Source: Deltaproteobacteria bacterium | GTDB lineage: Bacteria; Desulfobacterota; GWC2-55-46 | Reading direction: 5' to 3' | NCBI GenBank assembly: GCA_019912665.1 | Contig: JAIOIE010000018.1 | Location: 751,433-815,432 of the forward strand | Length of the DNA stretch: 64,000 bases | Part shown: positions 29,454 to 40,654 of the stretch, one piece after another | Layout: each line of letters begins with the position of its first letter | How positions within the stretch are numbered: the first letter of the stretch is position 1 | Position numbers and translations under genes: made by a program | Notes under the pieces: model-generated | What the model was told of the DNA's origin: nothing | The model's input: the letters and a program-made list of their open reading frames with translations, nothing else | The model's database searches: none

Positions 29454-29852
29454 TCAGTCCGGCCCTTTCAATAATAATTGGTATTCCTGGCGCTTCAGTA
29501 TGGCTTCGACATACTCGATAAGAGAGCTTATCGGGAAGGGCTTCCGCATGAACCGCCCCTTCATAATGGCCCGCTCCCTCATGTCCCCGGGTTCGTTATT
29601 CCCGATATAGATGAATCTGTTTTCCAGCTCCGGCCATCTTTCCACTGCCCGGAGGTAAAGGTCAGCTCCCCTCAAATGCGGCAGGTCCAATTCCGTAATC
29701 ACCATATCGTAAGGCCCGGCTTCGAGCTTCTTCATCGCGCTGAGCCCGTTGGTCACCAGGTCCACGGAAAAACCATGGATCCCAAGCGCCTCGGCGTAGA
29801 TGGATCCCGTCTTTATGTCGTCGACTATAAGGACCCTTTTCAAATCCCCCAT
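29454..29852 (-). CDS. Single-domain response regulator receiver protein
   Basis: LIVDDIKT...DMVITELDLP receiver signature. Confidence 0.75.
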   Translation of the reverse strand: MGDLKRVLIVDDIKTGSIYAEALGIHGFSVDLVTNGLSAMKKLEAGPYDMVITELDLPHLRGADLYLRAVERWPELENRFIYIGNNEPGDMRERAIMKGRFMRKPFPISSLIEYVEAILKRQEYQLLLKGPD

Positions 29853-30087
29853 AACCCAGCCCCTTTTTTTCCAAATAAAAGACGACTATCAGATAATACA
29901 AGATCCATGCCACACCGAGAGCTGGGCATAACCTTCTTTTTGCATTGAAAATCAGGTATTTTCATTTTTAAACCTAACCCACCGGATTTTTAGTTGTGTA
30001 CAGGGTTACACCTCCGGTGCTACACTCTGTGTAACACTGTTACACTTCGGACAGGCGGTAATTTATTTTCCGCATTGACGAGAAGCA

Positions 30088-33000
30088 TGAGGGACACTAT
30101 GGACGTTAAAAAAATGCCGGAAGACACATTCGCCCTGGCGCAAAGGGTGGCGGAACTGGAGGCCAGGCTCGCCGAACGCAGACGTGCCGAGGAAGAGCTC
30201 GAGATATACAAGGCGCTCTTCGACGACATAACCGACCTGGCATATATCTGCGACGACAGGGCCAATATACTTTATGTAAACAGGGCCTTTTCCAGGATGA
30301 CAGGAAAAAGGATCGAAGATTTTATCGGCAGGTCCTTCGCCCCCCTCTTTGACGAAGAAAACCTCAAGGCAGCGATTGCGAACTACTCGAAGACCCTCGA
30401 AGGCGAAAGCCCCGTATTCGAGCTCCGCTTCAAGGACACGGGCATCCTCTGCGAGTACAAGAACCTTCCCATGCGGGACGGTAAAGCCAACATCATAGGC
30501 GTCATAGGCACTGCCAGGGACGTAACGGAGAGGAAAAAAACGGAGCTGGTTATAAGCCAGAGGGACCGCGTACTCGAAGCCATAAGGTTCTTGACAGAAG
30601 AGCTCCTTGAGACGAGCTCCCTTGAAAAGGCCTTTGACGAGATACTTAAGAGGCTCGGCGAGGCCATTGAGGTGAGCAGGGCCTATATATTCGAGAACCA
30701 CACGGACAGGGACGGCGCCCTGCTTACGAGCCAGCGTTACGAATGGGCCGCGCCGGGCATCTCGCCTCAGATAGAGAACCCGACCCTGCAGGCATATCCA
30801 TTTCATGAGAACGGGTTTTCAAGATGGGTGAAGGCCATGGAGCGCGGCGAGGCGGTCCAGGGGCACATAAGCGGCTTCCCTGAAAGCGAAAAACCTTTAC
30901 TGGAAAATCAGGGGATCAGGTCCATAGCCGTTGTCCCCATATTCGTTGAAAACAGGTGGTGGGGCTTTATCGGCTTCGACGAATGCGAAAAGGAACGGGA
31001 ATGGGCCCCTGTGGTCATCGACGCGCTGAAGGCCGCTGCCGGCGCAATCGGCTCGGCCATGCAGCGGAGGCTCATGGAGGAGCGCCTGAAGAAAACCGCC
31101 GCCTCGCTTGCCGAGGCACAGCGGCTTTCATCCATCGGGAGCTGGGAGTGGGACATCTCCAAGGACGTAATCTCCTGGTCAGAGGGCCTTTTCGAGATAT
31201 TCGGCATAGGGCCGGAGCGGCTGGAAAAAGACGCGTACATCGCCTTCCTTGAATGCATCCACCCCGGGGACAGGGAGGCCGTGGACCGGGTAATCCGGAA
31301 CGCGTTCGCGGATAAAAAACCCTTCGAGTTCGAAAGCAGGATCATCCGCCCTTCGGGGGAGGTAAGGAGTATACTCTCGCGCGGAGAGGTCTTCTGTAAC
31401 GACTCCGGCGAGCCGGTAAAGATGCTCGGCACGGGACAGGACCTGACTGAAAGGAAACTCGCGGACGAGCGGCTCAAGGAATCGGAAGAGAAGTTCAGGG
31501 TCATGTTCGAGAACTCGAATGACGGGCTCCTCCTTGCAGACCCGCAGACCCTAAAGTTCTATGTCGGGAACAAACGGATCCGCGAAATGCTCGGATACAA
31601 CGAGGAGGAACTCCTGAGGCTCGGCGTCTTCGACATACACCAGGAGAAAGACTACCCGTTTCTGGCCGGGGAGTTCGAGCAGATAAGGAATGGCGCCACC
31701 CCGGTAGCAAGGAGCGTTGCGGTAAAAAGAAAGGACGGGAGCATCTTCTACGCCGATATCATCACCTCTCATATCAGGCTCTCCGGCAGGCATTTCGTCC
31801 TGGGGGCGTTCAGGGACGTGACCGACCGCATGGCCACAGAGGAAGAGCTCCATAAATATAAGAGCAACCTTGAGGCGATATTCAGGAGCGTGAAGGAAGC
31901 CATAATATCCGTCGACCTGGAGATGAGAGTCACGGAGGTGAACGAGGCCGCCGGAGATATCTGCGGGATTACCCGCGCTGGCATCGGAAGCGGCCTTAAA
32001 GGCCTGGCCGGGTCCTGCTCGTTCAAGTGCATGGGTGCCCTCGAAGAGACTATAAGGACGAAAAGGCCCGTCGAGCTATTCCGGCTTGAATGCGGCAGGG
32101 CAGGCAAGCCCCGCCAAACCGTAACGCTCAACACCTACCCCCTTATCGACGGCTCCGGACAGTTTGCCGGGGCGGTACTGGTGGTGAGCGACGAAACGAG
32201 GCTTGCGGACCTCGAAAAGGACCTCGGCGAGAGGAGGCAGCTCCATAAGATAATCGGTAAAAACGAGAGGATGATGGAGCTCTTCCGACTCATAGAAAAC
32301 CTCGCCGACATCGACACGACCGTCCTCATAACCGGCGAGAGCGGGACGGGCAAGGAACTGGTCGCCGAGGCTCTTCATTATACGGGGATACGGAGCGGCA
32401 AGCCTCTCGTAAAGGTAAACTGCTCGGCCATCCCGGAGCACCTCCTCGAAAGCGAGCTCTTCGGGCACATAAAGGGCGCCTTCACCGGGGCCGTGAAGGA
32501 CAGGGCCGGCAGGTTCGAACTCGCGGACTGCGGCACCATCTTCCTGGACGAGATAGGCGACATTTCCCCAGGCACGCAGCTCCGTCTTCTCCGGGTCATA
32601 CAGGAAAAGGAGTTCGAACGCCTCGGAGACTCCACTACCATCAGGATGGACGTAAGGGTCATAGCCGCGACGAACAAGGAGCTGGCGGAAAAGGTCCGGA
32701 GAGGGGAGTTCAGGGAGGACCTCTATTACCGCCTCAAGGTGGTCGAGCTCACGGTGCCTCCCCTCAGGGAGCGCCTTGACGACCTTCCGCTCCTCGAGGA
32801 GCATTTCATCCGGAAATTCAATAAGAAGTTCAAGAAGGAGATAACGGGCCTCTCTCCCGATATCCATAAGATATTCATGGAATACCCCTGGCCCGGGAAC
32901 ATCCGCGAGCTCGAGCACGCGTTCGAGCACGCATTCATCGTATGCCGCGAAAATATCATCTCGACAGGCGACCTGCCGCAGGCGCTTCGCGACTACTCCA

Positions 33001-33161
33001 AGAACAGGGCTCCTTTCAAAAAATACGACAAGGCCGATGAAAGGGACTTCATACTGAAGACCCTTGAGGACACGGACTGGAACAAGCAGAAGGCCGCCGG
33101 AAGGCTCGGCATGAGCAGGACGACCCTGTACCGTAAACTCGAAAAATACCGGCTGGGATAA
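30088..33161 (+). CDS. Sigma-54-dependent transcriptional regulator with multiple PAS domains, a GAF domain, an AAA+ domain and a Fis-type HTH
   Basis: GESGTGKELVA, GAFTGA, ESELFGH and a C-terminal AGRLGMSRTTLYRKLEKY are present. Several PAS S-box segments precede them. The start was chosen at the internal ATG MRDTMDV. Confidence 0.8.
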
Positions 33162-33269
33162 TAGTCCCTTGCTGGGGGGCATTTTTTACGCATTGACCGC
33201 ATTTTTCCTTGTAGAAAAAAAGTGCCTTGACAACCTGTCCGGCTTTAGCGTAGACTTGCCACCTAAAAT

Positions 33270-33435
33270 CTGGGCGGCCCTGCAGGGCCTTAATAGGGAA
33301 GAACGGTGCGAAACCGTCGCGGACCCGCCGCTGTAACCGGGGACGAAAGCCGCAGTCAAGGAAGCCACTGTCCGGAAAGGACGGGAAGGCGCGGCGAGTA
33401 GGACGAACTGGGAGCCAGAAGACCTGCCCCGATAA
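33270..33435 (+). ncRNA. Cobalamin (B12) riboswitch aptamer
   Basis: AGGGAAGAACGGTGCGAAACCGTCGCGGACCCGCCGCTGTAACCGGGGACGAAAGCC...GCCACTG...GGGAGCCAGAAGACCTGCC matches the conserved core and the B12 box. Confidence 0.8.
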
Positions 33436-33495
33436 TCATAGACATGCCCGCCTCCGTGGTTGGAGGCAAGGCTTATATTCGAGGATGAAAAACGG

Positions 33496-33536
33496 CATCC
33501 CGGACCTCTTGCCATGAGGTCCGGGATTTTTTTTAA
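33496..33536 (+). terminator. Riboswitch expression-platform terminator (TCCCGGACCTC-ttgccat-GAGGTCCGGGA followed by T8)
   Basis: Perfect stem plus a poly-T tract, 60 nt upstream of the regulated ORF. Confidence 0.8.
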
Positions 33537-33596
33537 GTACGGAGGGGGAATAGACGTTTTCGGCTCATATCCAACCACAAGAAAGGGGAAATTGAA

Positions 33597-34253
33597 ATGC
33601 ACATCGAACCGGGGTTTGTATCGGCTGCAAAGGTAATGGGGGCGAACGCCGCCGCATTGGGCCTCCTTGGCCTCTATCTGAAAGGCCTGGTCCGTCAGCC
33701 GATGGATATCGTAAAGGCCCTGCTGGCTGCGGTCTTCTTTTCCATCTTCATGCAGAGCTTTCACCTGAGCGTGGGCCCTTCGGAGCTTCACTTCATAGGC
33801 GCCATGTCCATATATCTTACGCTCGGTTTTTTACCGACGATGTTCGGCTTCGCCGTGGGGCTCCTTTTCCAGGGGCTCGTTTTTACGCCTACCGACCTGC
33901 CGCACCTTGCGGTCAATTCCCTATCTCTCATAGCGCCTCTCATGGCTGTCCACTATGCTGCGGGGAAGGATCTCTTCGAAGGACCTTCCGGGAAAAGGCT
34001 CTCCTGGCCTGCGATTTTGAAGCTCGACGGCATCTATTACGGCGGGGTCACGGCAATGGTGGGCTTCTGGCTCTTTATCGGCGAGGTAGAGACGCCGTTT
34101 TCAGCCTGGCTCTCTTTTGCGGCCTCGTACCTTGCGGTCGTAGCCGTTGAGCCCTTTATCACTCTCTTGACCATAAAAACCCTCAAGAGATACGAGAGCG
34201 CACCGGTTGTAAGGAGCCTTTTTGTTGCGCATAAATTAAGGCTCGGGGCATAG
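33597..34253 (+). CDS. CbiM/NikM-like membrane protein (N-terminal MHIEPG), solitary, B12-riboswitch controlled
   Basis: N-terminal Met-His followed by a polytopic membrane profile and a conserved His-containing segment FHLSVGPSELHF. It lies downstream of the riboswitch. A terminator follows at 34266-34300. Confidence 0.45.
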   Translation: MHIEPGFVSAAKVMGANAAALGLLGLYLKGLVRQPMDIVKALLAAVFFSIFMQSFHLSVGPSELHFIGAMSIYLTLGFLPTMFGFAVGLLFQGLVFTPTDLPHLAVNSLSLIAPLMAVHYAAGKDLFEGPSGKRLSWPAILKLDGIYYGGVTAMVGFWLFIGEVETPFSAWLSFAASYLAVVAVEPFITLLTIKTLKRYESAPVVRSLFVAHKLRLGA

Positions 34254-34337
34254 GGCGGAAAAGGAAAACCGGGGAAGACGTATTCTCCCCGGTTTTTTAG
34301 TAAATCGCGAGAAAAAAACTCCAAGAGGGACCCTGGC

Positions 34338-36911
34338 TCAGGCGGCAAGCACCCCCGCCTTCCCGACATTTTCCTTTTCGGGGATGGTAAAATAGAAGCT
34401 CGCCCCCTCCCCGGGCGCGGATTCCACCCAGATCCTGCCGCCGTGCCTGACGATGATCTTCTTGCAGATGGCCAGCCCGATGCCGGTGCCCGGATATTCC
34501 TTGCCGTGCAGCCGCTGGAATACCTTGAAGATCCGGTCCGCGGACCCGGACTCCATTCCTATGCCGTTGTCCTTCACGCAAAAAACCCACTCGCCATGCT
34601 TCTGACTGGCTGATATTTCGACTACAGGCGCCTGTCCCGGTTTCCTGAACTTGAGGGCGTTTTCGATAAGGTTCTGAAATACCCTCACGAGCTGTGTTGC
34701 GTCTCCGCGCACGGTCGGGAGGACCCCTATCCGCCTTACATCGGCCTTGGATTCCCTTATCGCCGCCGCGAGGTTCGAAAGCGCCGTTTCGCAGGCCTCC
34801 ATGCTGTCTATTTCCTCCAGCGGCCTGGCGCGGCTCGTGACCCTCGAATACGCCAGTATGTCATTGATCATCGCGCTCATGCGCTTTGCGCCGTCCACGG
34901 CATAATAGATATATTCGTCCGCGGTATGGTCAAGATTCGACTTGTAGCGGGATTCGAAGAGCTGCATGTAGCTCGCGACCATCCTGAGCGGCTCCTGAAG
35001 GTCGTGGGAGATGACGTACGCGAACTGCTCAAGCTCCTTGTTGGAGCCGGCTAGCTTTTCGAGGGCGCTTAAGAGCTCGGCCTCTGTCCCTTTCCTCGTG
35101 GCCACCTCTTTCCTGAGCGATTCGTTAAGGTCGGAGAGCTCCGCTGTCCTTTCGAGGACCCTCTGTTCGAGCTCGTCCTTTGCTTTCCGGAGCTCCTCTT
35201 CCGTCCGCTTCCTTTCGGTAATATCCCTCAATATCTCGAGCTTGGATATGCTGCCGTCCTGGTTTCTCAAAGGAGTATCGAGCAGGTCGAATGTCCTTCC
35301 GGTATTCGGGTCGGTCCATTCCCAGTGTACCGTCTCTCCTTTGAAGACGCGCTCATTGGGGCACCAGGGGCAGACGCTCTGGCGCCCGTGGAAATATGAA
35401 TAGCATTTCCTGCCCTCTACGGGCCCGAACTGCTTAAGGAGCACCGGGTTTATGTACTCTATATCGAAACCCCTGTTCGTGATGTAGACGCCGTCGTCCA
35501 TGGCCTCCAGGATGCTCAGGAGCCTGTTCCTCTCGGATTTCGCGGCCTCTTCCGCCTTTTTCCTTTCGGTTATATCGGTGAAGATCGTGACGAAATATTG
35601 CGGCCTCGGGCTGTATGCGGATACTGAAAACCATTTGCCCAACGCCTCGCCGTAGGTCTCGAACTCCCTTCCCTCCCCGGTCAGAGCGATTTTCCCGTAT
35701 ATGTCGATGAAATCGGGTTTTGCCTCCCTGAAGCCCGGGACGACTTCGGTCACCCTCCTCCCTATCACGTCCTCCCTCTTGAGGCCCGTTATGCGCTCGA
35801 ACGCCCTATTCACGTTCAGGAAAATGTAATCGACCGGCTCGTTGTGTTCGCCGAGGATTATCCTGTGGTAGGCCGCCCCGTCGATCATGTTGTCGAAAAG
35901 CGAATGGTACTTCGCCTCGCTCTCCTGCAGAGCCTCCTCCTGGCGCTTCCGCATGGTGATGTCCCTGTAGACGCAGTAGAGGTACTGCTTCCCGGCGATC
36001 TCCATCGCCTTTACGTTGACTACGACGTCGCGGAGCTCCCCGGCCTTGGTGCGGTGCTTGGTCTCGAATTCGCTCTTCCCGTAGCGGAGGATCTTCCGGA
36101 TATGGGCTTCGGTCTGCCCGGGGGTCTCTATCGCCTCGTAGTCCTGCACCCGCTTCGAGGCGAACTCCTCCCGGGAATAGCCGAGCTGGGCGCAGATGGA
36201 ATCGTTAAAGTCTACCGGGAGCGAAGTCTCAGGGTCCAGCACCACGATACCGTATGGAGACTGCTCGAAAAGGGTCCTGAAACGGCTCTCGTATTCCTTG
36301 AGCCTGTGTTCAGCCTCCTTGAGCGTGGAGCTCTCTATAAGGGTCCACTTCCCGCCGCGCCGGATGAGGGCGAACCTGTGATTGCTTACGACGTCGATGA
36401 CGTCGGAGAGAGTGCATCTCTCGAGGGAGTAGGTGCATATGGCCATCATCCTGTATCTGCCTATGACGCCGTTCACGACCCTCTCGTAATCCGTGAACTC
36501 CTCCCAATCCTTCCGTTCGAGCCAGAAGGTATTGCCCGTAAGGCGAAGACCGTCAAAACCCCTCTCAAGGGCCTTCTCGAGCTTGTCTACCCAGTCCGCG
36601 AGGACCCTGTCCTGGTCGAAATAGCCGTCCTTCAGGTACCACAGGGTGTGCGGGATTATCTCTATCCGGCCCTCGGATAAGTATCTCTCGAAATCCGGGA
36701 CAGCCCTCTTCATGGCATCGATAGCCTCGTCCGCCCCAAGGGGCTCGGAGGTGATCCAAAGGCAGAACTCGTTATTCTCCAGGCCGGATTTGAAGTAAGG
36801 GACCAGGATATCCAGGAGGTCCTGCTTATCAGTATAGAACTGGCAGAAATGAGTACCCCACGGCACGTCGCCTATTATCTCGATGCCGGTCTTTCTGATG
36901 CTTCCGTCCAT
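34338..36911 (-). CDS. Sensor histidine kinase: MEDS domain - three PAS domains - HisKA - HATPase_c
   Basis: N-terminal MEDS-like region FCQFYTDKQDLL. H-box FAYVISHDLQEPLR. G-box KDNGIGM...GTGIGLAICKKI. Confidence 0.8.
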   Translation of the reverse strand: MDGSIRKTGIEIIGDVPWGTHFCQFYTDKQDLLDILVPYFKSGLENNEFCLWITSEPLGADEAIDAMKRAVPDFERYLSEGRIEIIPHTLWYLKDGYFDQDRVLADWVDKLEKALERGFDGLRLTGNTFWLERKDWEEFTDYERVVNGVIGRYRMMAICTYSLERCTLSDVIDVVSNHRFALIRRGGKWTLIESSTLKEAEHRLKEYESRFRTLFEQSPYGIVVLDPETSLPVDFNDSICAQLGYSREEFASKRVQDYEAIETPGQTEAHIRKILRYGKSEFETKHRTKAGELRDVVVNVKAMEIAGKQYLYCVYRDITMRKRQEEALQESEAKYHSLFDNMIDGAAYHRIILGEHNEPVDYIFLNVNRAFERITGLKREDVIGRRVTEVVPGFREAKPDFIDIYGKIALTGEGREFETYGEALGKWFSVSAYSPRPQYFVTIFTDITERKKAEEAAKSERNRLLSILEAMDDGVYITNRGFDIEYINPVLLKQFGPVEGRKCYSYFHGRQSVCPWCPNERVFKGETVHWEWTDPNTGRTFDLLDTPLRNQDGSISKLEILRDITERKRTEEELRKAKDELEQRVLERTAELSDLNESLRKEVATRKGTEAELLSALEKLAGSNKELEQFAYVISHDLQEPLRMVASYMQLFESRYKSNLDHTADEYIYYAVDGAKRMSAMINDILAYSRVTSRARPLEEIDSMEACETALSNLAAAIRESKADVRRIGVLPTVRGDATQLVRVFQNLIENALKFRKPGQAPVVEISASQKHGEWVFCVKDNGIGMESGSADRIFKVFQRLHGKEYPGTGIGLAICKKIIVRHGGRIWVESAPGEGASFYFTIPEKENVGKAGVLAA

Positions 36912-37086
36912 TTTTCGTTCCTGAGCTTTTTTAAAACGTGACGCGCCGTAGAAATCGGCTAACCAGTTGATTCCATTCGAATTATATCACAGTCAGGTGC
37001 CGGCAAAAAATGAATTCCAGAGTAGAAGCCAGGACAGGAAGGCTGAGTACAAGGAGCGGCATGAATGAGAAATAAATGATTCTCCG

Positions 37087-37611
37087 CTACTCTTTTTTTG
37101 GCAGCTTTACTATGGACAGCCAGAAGTCTTCTATGGACCTTATTACGTCAAAGAACTGGTAAAGGTCGACCGGCTTGGTTATGTAGCAGTTGGCGTGGAG
37201 CGCATAGCTCCTTAGCACGTCTTCATCCGATTTGGAGGTCGTGAGCACCACTACCGGTATGACCTTTAGGACCGGGTCGGACTTAAGCTCCTTAAGGACC
37301 TCCCTGCCGTCCTTCCTTGGGAGATTGAGGTCAAGGAGGATGAGGTCAGGGATCGGTGCCCCGGCAAAGCGCCCCTTTCTCTTCAGAAAATCCATGGCTT
37401 CGACCCCGTCGGAAACGACGTGGAGCTTATTGTGAATGCGTCCCTCCTTTAGAGCTTCCTCAATGAGGCGTACGTCGCCGGGGTTGTCCTCGACAAGGAG
37501 TATTTCTATCTCTGAATTATCCATGAATAAATTATACCTCTTCAGGCCAGAACCGGCCGGCATTCGCCAAAAACCTATTTCTTCAAGCTGCGAGAAGATA
37601 CTGGAGTCCAT
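37087..37611 (-). CDS. Single-domain response regulator (CheY-like receiver)
   Basis: [14 protein letters not shown]...[14 protein letters not shown]...YITKP. Confidence 0.8.
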   Translation of the reverse strand: MDSSIFSQLEEIGFWRMPAGSGLKRYNLFMDNSEIEILLVEDNPGDVRLIEEALKEGRIHNKLHVVSDGVEAMDFLKRKGRFAGAPIPDLILLDLNLPRKDGREVLKELKSDPVLKVIPVVVLTTSKSDEDVLRSYALHANCYITKPVDLYQFFDVIRSIEDFWLSIVKLPKKE

Positions 37612-37655
37612 CTATTTGGGTTTTCACAGGAAGACTGACCCATTAATAAGAGCGG

Positions 37656-39328
37656 CTACATTTCCTTCTTATTCTCTTTCTCAAACTCGGGATAAAACTT
37701 CCTGAAGCAATCGGGGCACATGCTATGGGTGAATTCAGCCTCGGAGTGCTCGTGCACGTACTTTTCAACGGAATCCCAAAACCCCTGGTCGTTTCTTATC
37801 TTCTTGCATGAGGCGCAGATTGGGAGAAGCCCTTTCAGCACTTTTACCTTGGCCTGGGCTTCCGAGAGGTTCCTGTTGAGACTTATAAGCTCGTCTTCCG
37901 CCTTTTTCCGTTCGGTAATATCGAACACTATCGAATTGCTCATCACAAAACGACCGTCCCTGTCCTTTATTGCCGTGGCGCTAAGAAGCACAGGGAACCT
38001 GGCGCCGTCCTTCCGGACAAATTCAAACTCGAGGTCACGCACGAGACCGGTTTTCAGGAGACGCGGGAAATTCTGCAGGAATAGATCGAGGCTCTCAGGG
38101 GCTATCACGTCCGTGAGCTTCATCTTGCCGACCACTTCCTCGCGCGCATAGCCCAGCCATTTAAGCTCGGTATCGTTTATCCGGACGAATCTCCCGTCCG
38201 AATCCAGCGAATGATACCCGCACGGCGCGGCGTTATAAAGCGCCTCTACGGCGAGCTTACTCTCGGTTATATCGACCACGGTGCCACGTAGTCCCGTCGT
38301 GCGACCCTCGGGGTCCCTCTTCGCCTCCCCCCTGGCTATTACCCACCTCCTCGCGCCGGCCGGACGCGCAAGCTCCAATTCGAGCTCGTAAACCTCCCCG
38401 CCCTTCATCACAAGCCCGACCGCATTCCTGAGACGTTCAGCGCTCTCAGGCGCATATAACTTCAAATGACCTTCGTAGTCGGGAGGAGGCGTTGCCGGGT
38501 CCATCCCGAATATCCGGTAAGTCCCCTTAGACCAGGCGACCAGGTCTTCCGCGGCGTCCCATTCCCAGCTTCCCATCTTCCCCGTCCGCTCGATCTCGTC
38601 AAGCTTAAGCTCGGTATTCCTTAACGCCTCTCCTGTTTCATCCCAAAGCTCCTTTATCGTTTCGCGCTCGAAAATCTCGTAAAGGAGCCTCTCGACCTCC
38701 AGGAAGGGCTGCTCCGGGAGGAGCATCTCATCAGGTGGGACATAATAGAAATTCCTGCTTACGCGCCCCCTGTAGATTAAAATCGGGTGAGTGCGTATTA
38801 CGCTCATGATTATCCCGGGGCTGAACCGCTTGTAATCATACTGGCAGATGGCCAGCGCATCGTTTTCGGGGAGGAAATAGTTAAGCTTTGCCTCATACTC
38901 TATGAGGCGCTCGGACCCGGGGTCCCCCCCGAGCATCCAGGTCATCTCCCCCGTCGCCCTGAGCGCGGAATATCCCTCCGCCTTCGCCGAATCGGTCGCT
39001 TCCTTAAGGAGCCTATCATCCAGTCCGGGTCAAAATACCCCTGCTTGAGATACGCATCTCTTTTACTGAGGACGGACAGCGCCCCGGACCTTAATGCTCC
39101 GTCCGCGTCTATGCCGCCACTGGCCAAAGCCTTAAGCACATCAGCGGCCGTATGTTCGTCGGCTATGTAGACGCATTTTTCGCCGCGCTCAAGACCTGCG
39201 CGCATAAAGGGGATTATTGCCGCAAACTGCTCTTCCGGCGTTTCGTATATGAGCGCGAGGTGGTCGTGCCGCCCGAGCTTCTCTATGGCCGCGACAAGGC
39301 TTTTATAAGAATTTGTCATTGATTTCAT
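37656..39328 (-). pseudogene. MEDS - PAS - PAS sensor with a C-terminal CxxC...CxxC motif, frameshifted near 39001-39014
   Basis: The MEDS N-terminus HLALIYETPEE...GYFDPDWMI is in one frame. LLKEATDSAKAEGYSALRATGEMTWMLG continues in the adjacent frame. The C-terminus is ICASCKKIRNDQGFW...HSMCPDCF. Confidence 0.6.
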
Positions 39329-39673
39329 TCTCTATTATAACAACTACATCAATTATCCTTCCAACACATTCGCATGCTGATTAGCTCAACGCCCTTGGCT
39401 CGCCCCTGGCTTACGGGCAGCACAACCGAATTCCTTACCGGCTTGGGCCAGCATGGATGTAAAATCCTTTTTCAGGCCGCTAATCCTTTTCGGCCCGGCG
39501 AATTTCCTTGCAACCTCATGATTACAGGGCTTTTCCTTAAGCCCTGCCCCGGACCTTCCGTAAAAAGTATTTACATCCGGGCTTCCGGATACCCTGCCTT
39601 TCTCGGGTAAATGCGGGTCTTTTAAAAGTGGTACGGTAATTGCGTCCGGAAAAAGTAACAACCTTGGGGGGGG

Positions 39674-40654
39674 GTGCCTATGAAAAAACCGCGCTTGAGC
39701 ATCGGACTGCCGGTCTATAATGGCGCAAGATACCTTTTCTGCTGTCTCGATTCGATACTCTCGCAGAGCTATGAGGATTTCGAGCTTATCATATCCGATA
39801 ACGCCTCCACGGACTCGACACAGGATATCTGCCTGAAGTACGCTTCGAAGGACAAGCGGATCAAATATTTCCGGAACCCCAGGAACCTCGGGGCTTCGGT
39901 CAACTTCAATGCCACCTTCCATAAATCCCAGGGTGAGTTTTTCAAATGGGCCTCCTACGACGATTTATGCGCCCCGGGCTTTTTCTCTGAATGCATGGAA
40001 CTCCTTGAAAACGACCGCTCGGCCGTATTGAGCCATCCCCGGACCATGCGCATCGACGCAGATGGGCGGGAGCTTGGAATCTACGACCTGGAGCTACGCA
40101 CCGCCTCCGAAAACCCGGTCGAGCGCTTCCGAGACCTCCTCCTTATAAAGCACGCCTGTTTCCAGGTTTTCGGCATTATAAGGAGCGAGGTCCTGAGGAA
40201 GACGAAGCTCATACACAATTACTCGGGCTCCGACAGGGTGCTCCTGGCCGAGCTTTCCCTTTACGGAAGGTTCTGGGGGGTGCCAGAACCGCTGTTCTTG
40301 AGGAGGAGCCATCCCCATGAATCGGTCAGGCTTTTCCCTGACGCGAACCGCCGCTACGAATGGTTCGACCCCTCATTGGCAGGAAGGACCAACTTCACTC
40401 AATGGAGACTCCTTGCCGAGTATGTGAATTCCGTTAACAGGTCTCCCATCCCGGCCAGAGATAAAGCCGCATGCTATCTCCTTATCAAGAAATGGACAGC
40501 CATGCATTGGAGGCACTTCGCGCATGATATTAAGAACGCCGGAAAGGACATGCTCCACTTGGAGGCCTTCTCGCGGTTAATGCAGAGCGGGCTCCGCGCT
40601 ACGAGGCATGGCGTGGTCTCTGTCTCGGGTATTTTAGGGATATACAGGAAGTGA
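39674..40654 (+). CDS. Family 2 glycosyltransferase
   Basis: LSIGLPVYNGARYL...IISDNASTDST is a GT2 N-terminal signature. Confidence 0.8.
   Translation: MPMKKPRLSIGLPVYNGARYLFCCLDSILSQSYEDFELIISDNASTDSTQDICLKYASKDKRIKYFRNPRNLGASVNFNATFHKSQGEFFKWASYDDLCAPGFFSECMELLENDRSAVLSHPRTMRIDADGRELGIYDLELRTASENPVERFRDLLLIKHACFQVFGIIRSEVLRKTKLIHNYSGSDRVLLAELSLYGRFWGVPEPLFLRRSHPHESVRLFPDANRRYEWFDPSLAGRTNFTQWRLLAEYVNSVNRSPIPARDKAACYLLIKKWTAMHWRHFAHDIKNAGKDMLHLEAFSRLMQSGLRATRHGVVSVSGILGIYRK

Noticed and set aside
39386-39922. 178-codon minus-strand ORF upstream of and overlapping the GT2 gene
   Set aside because: High-GC random open frame with no motifs. It overlaps the GT2 start and the intergenic region, and is most likely spurious.
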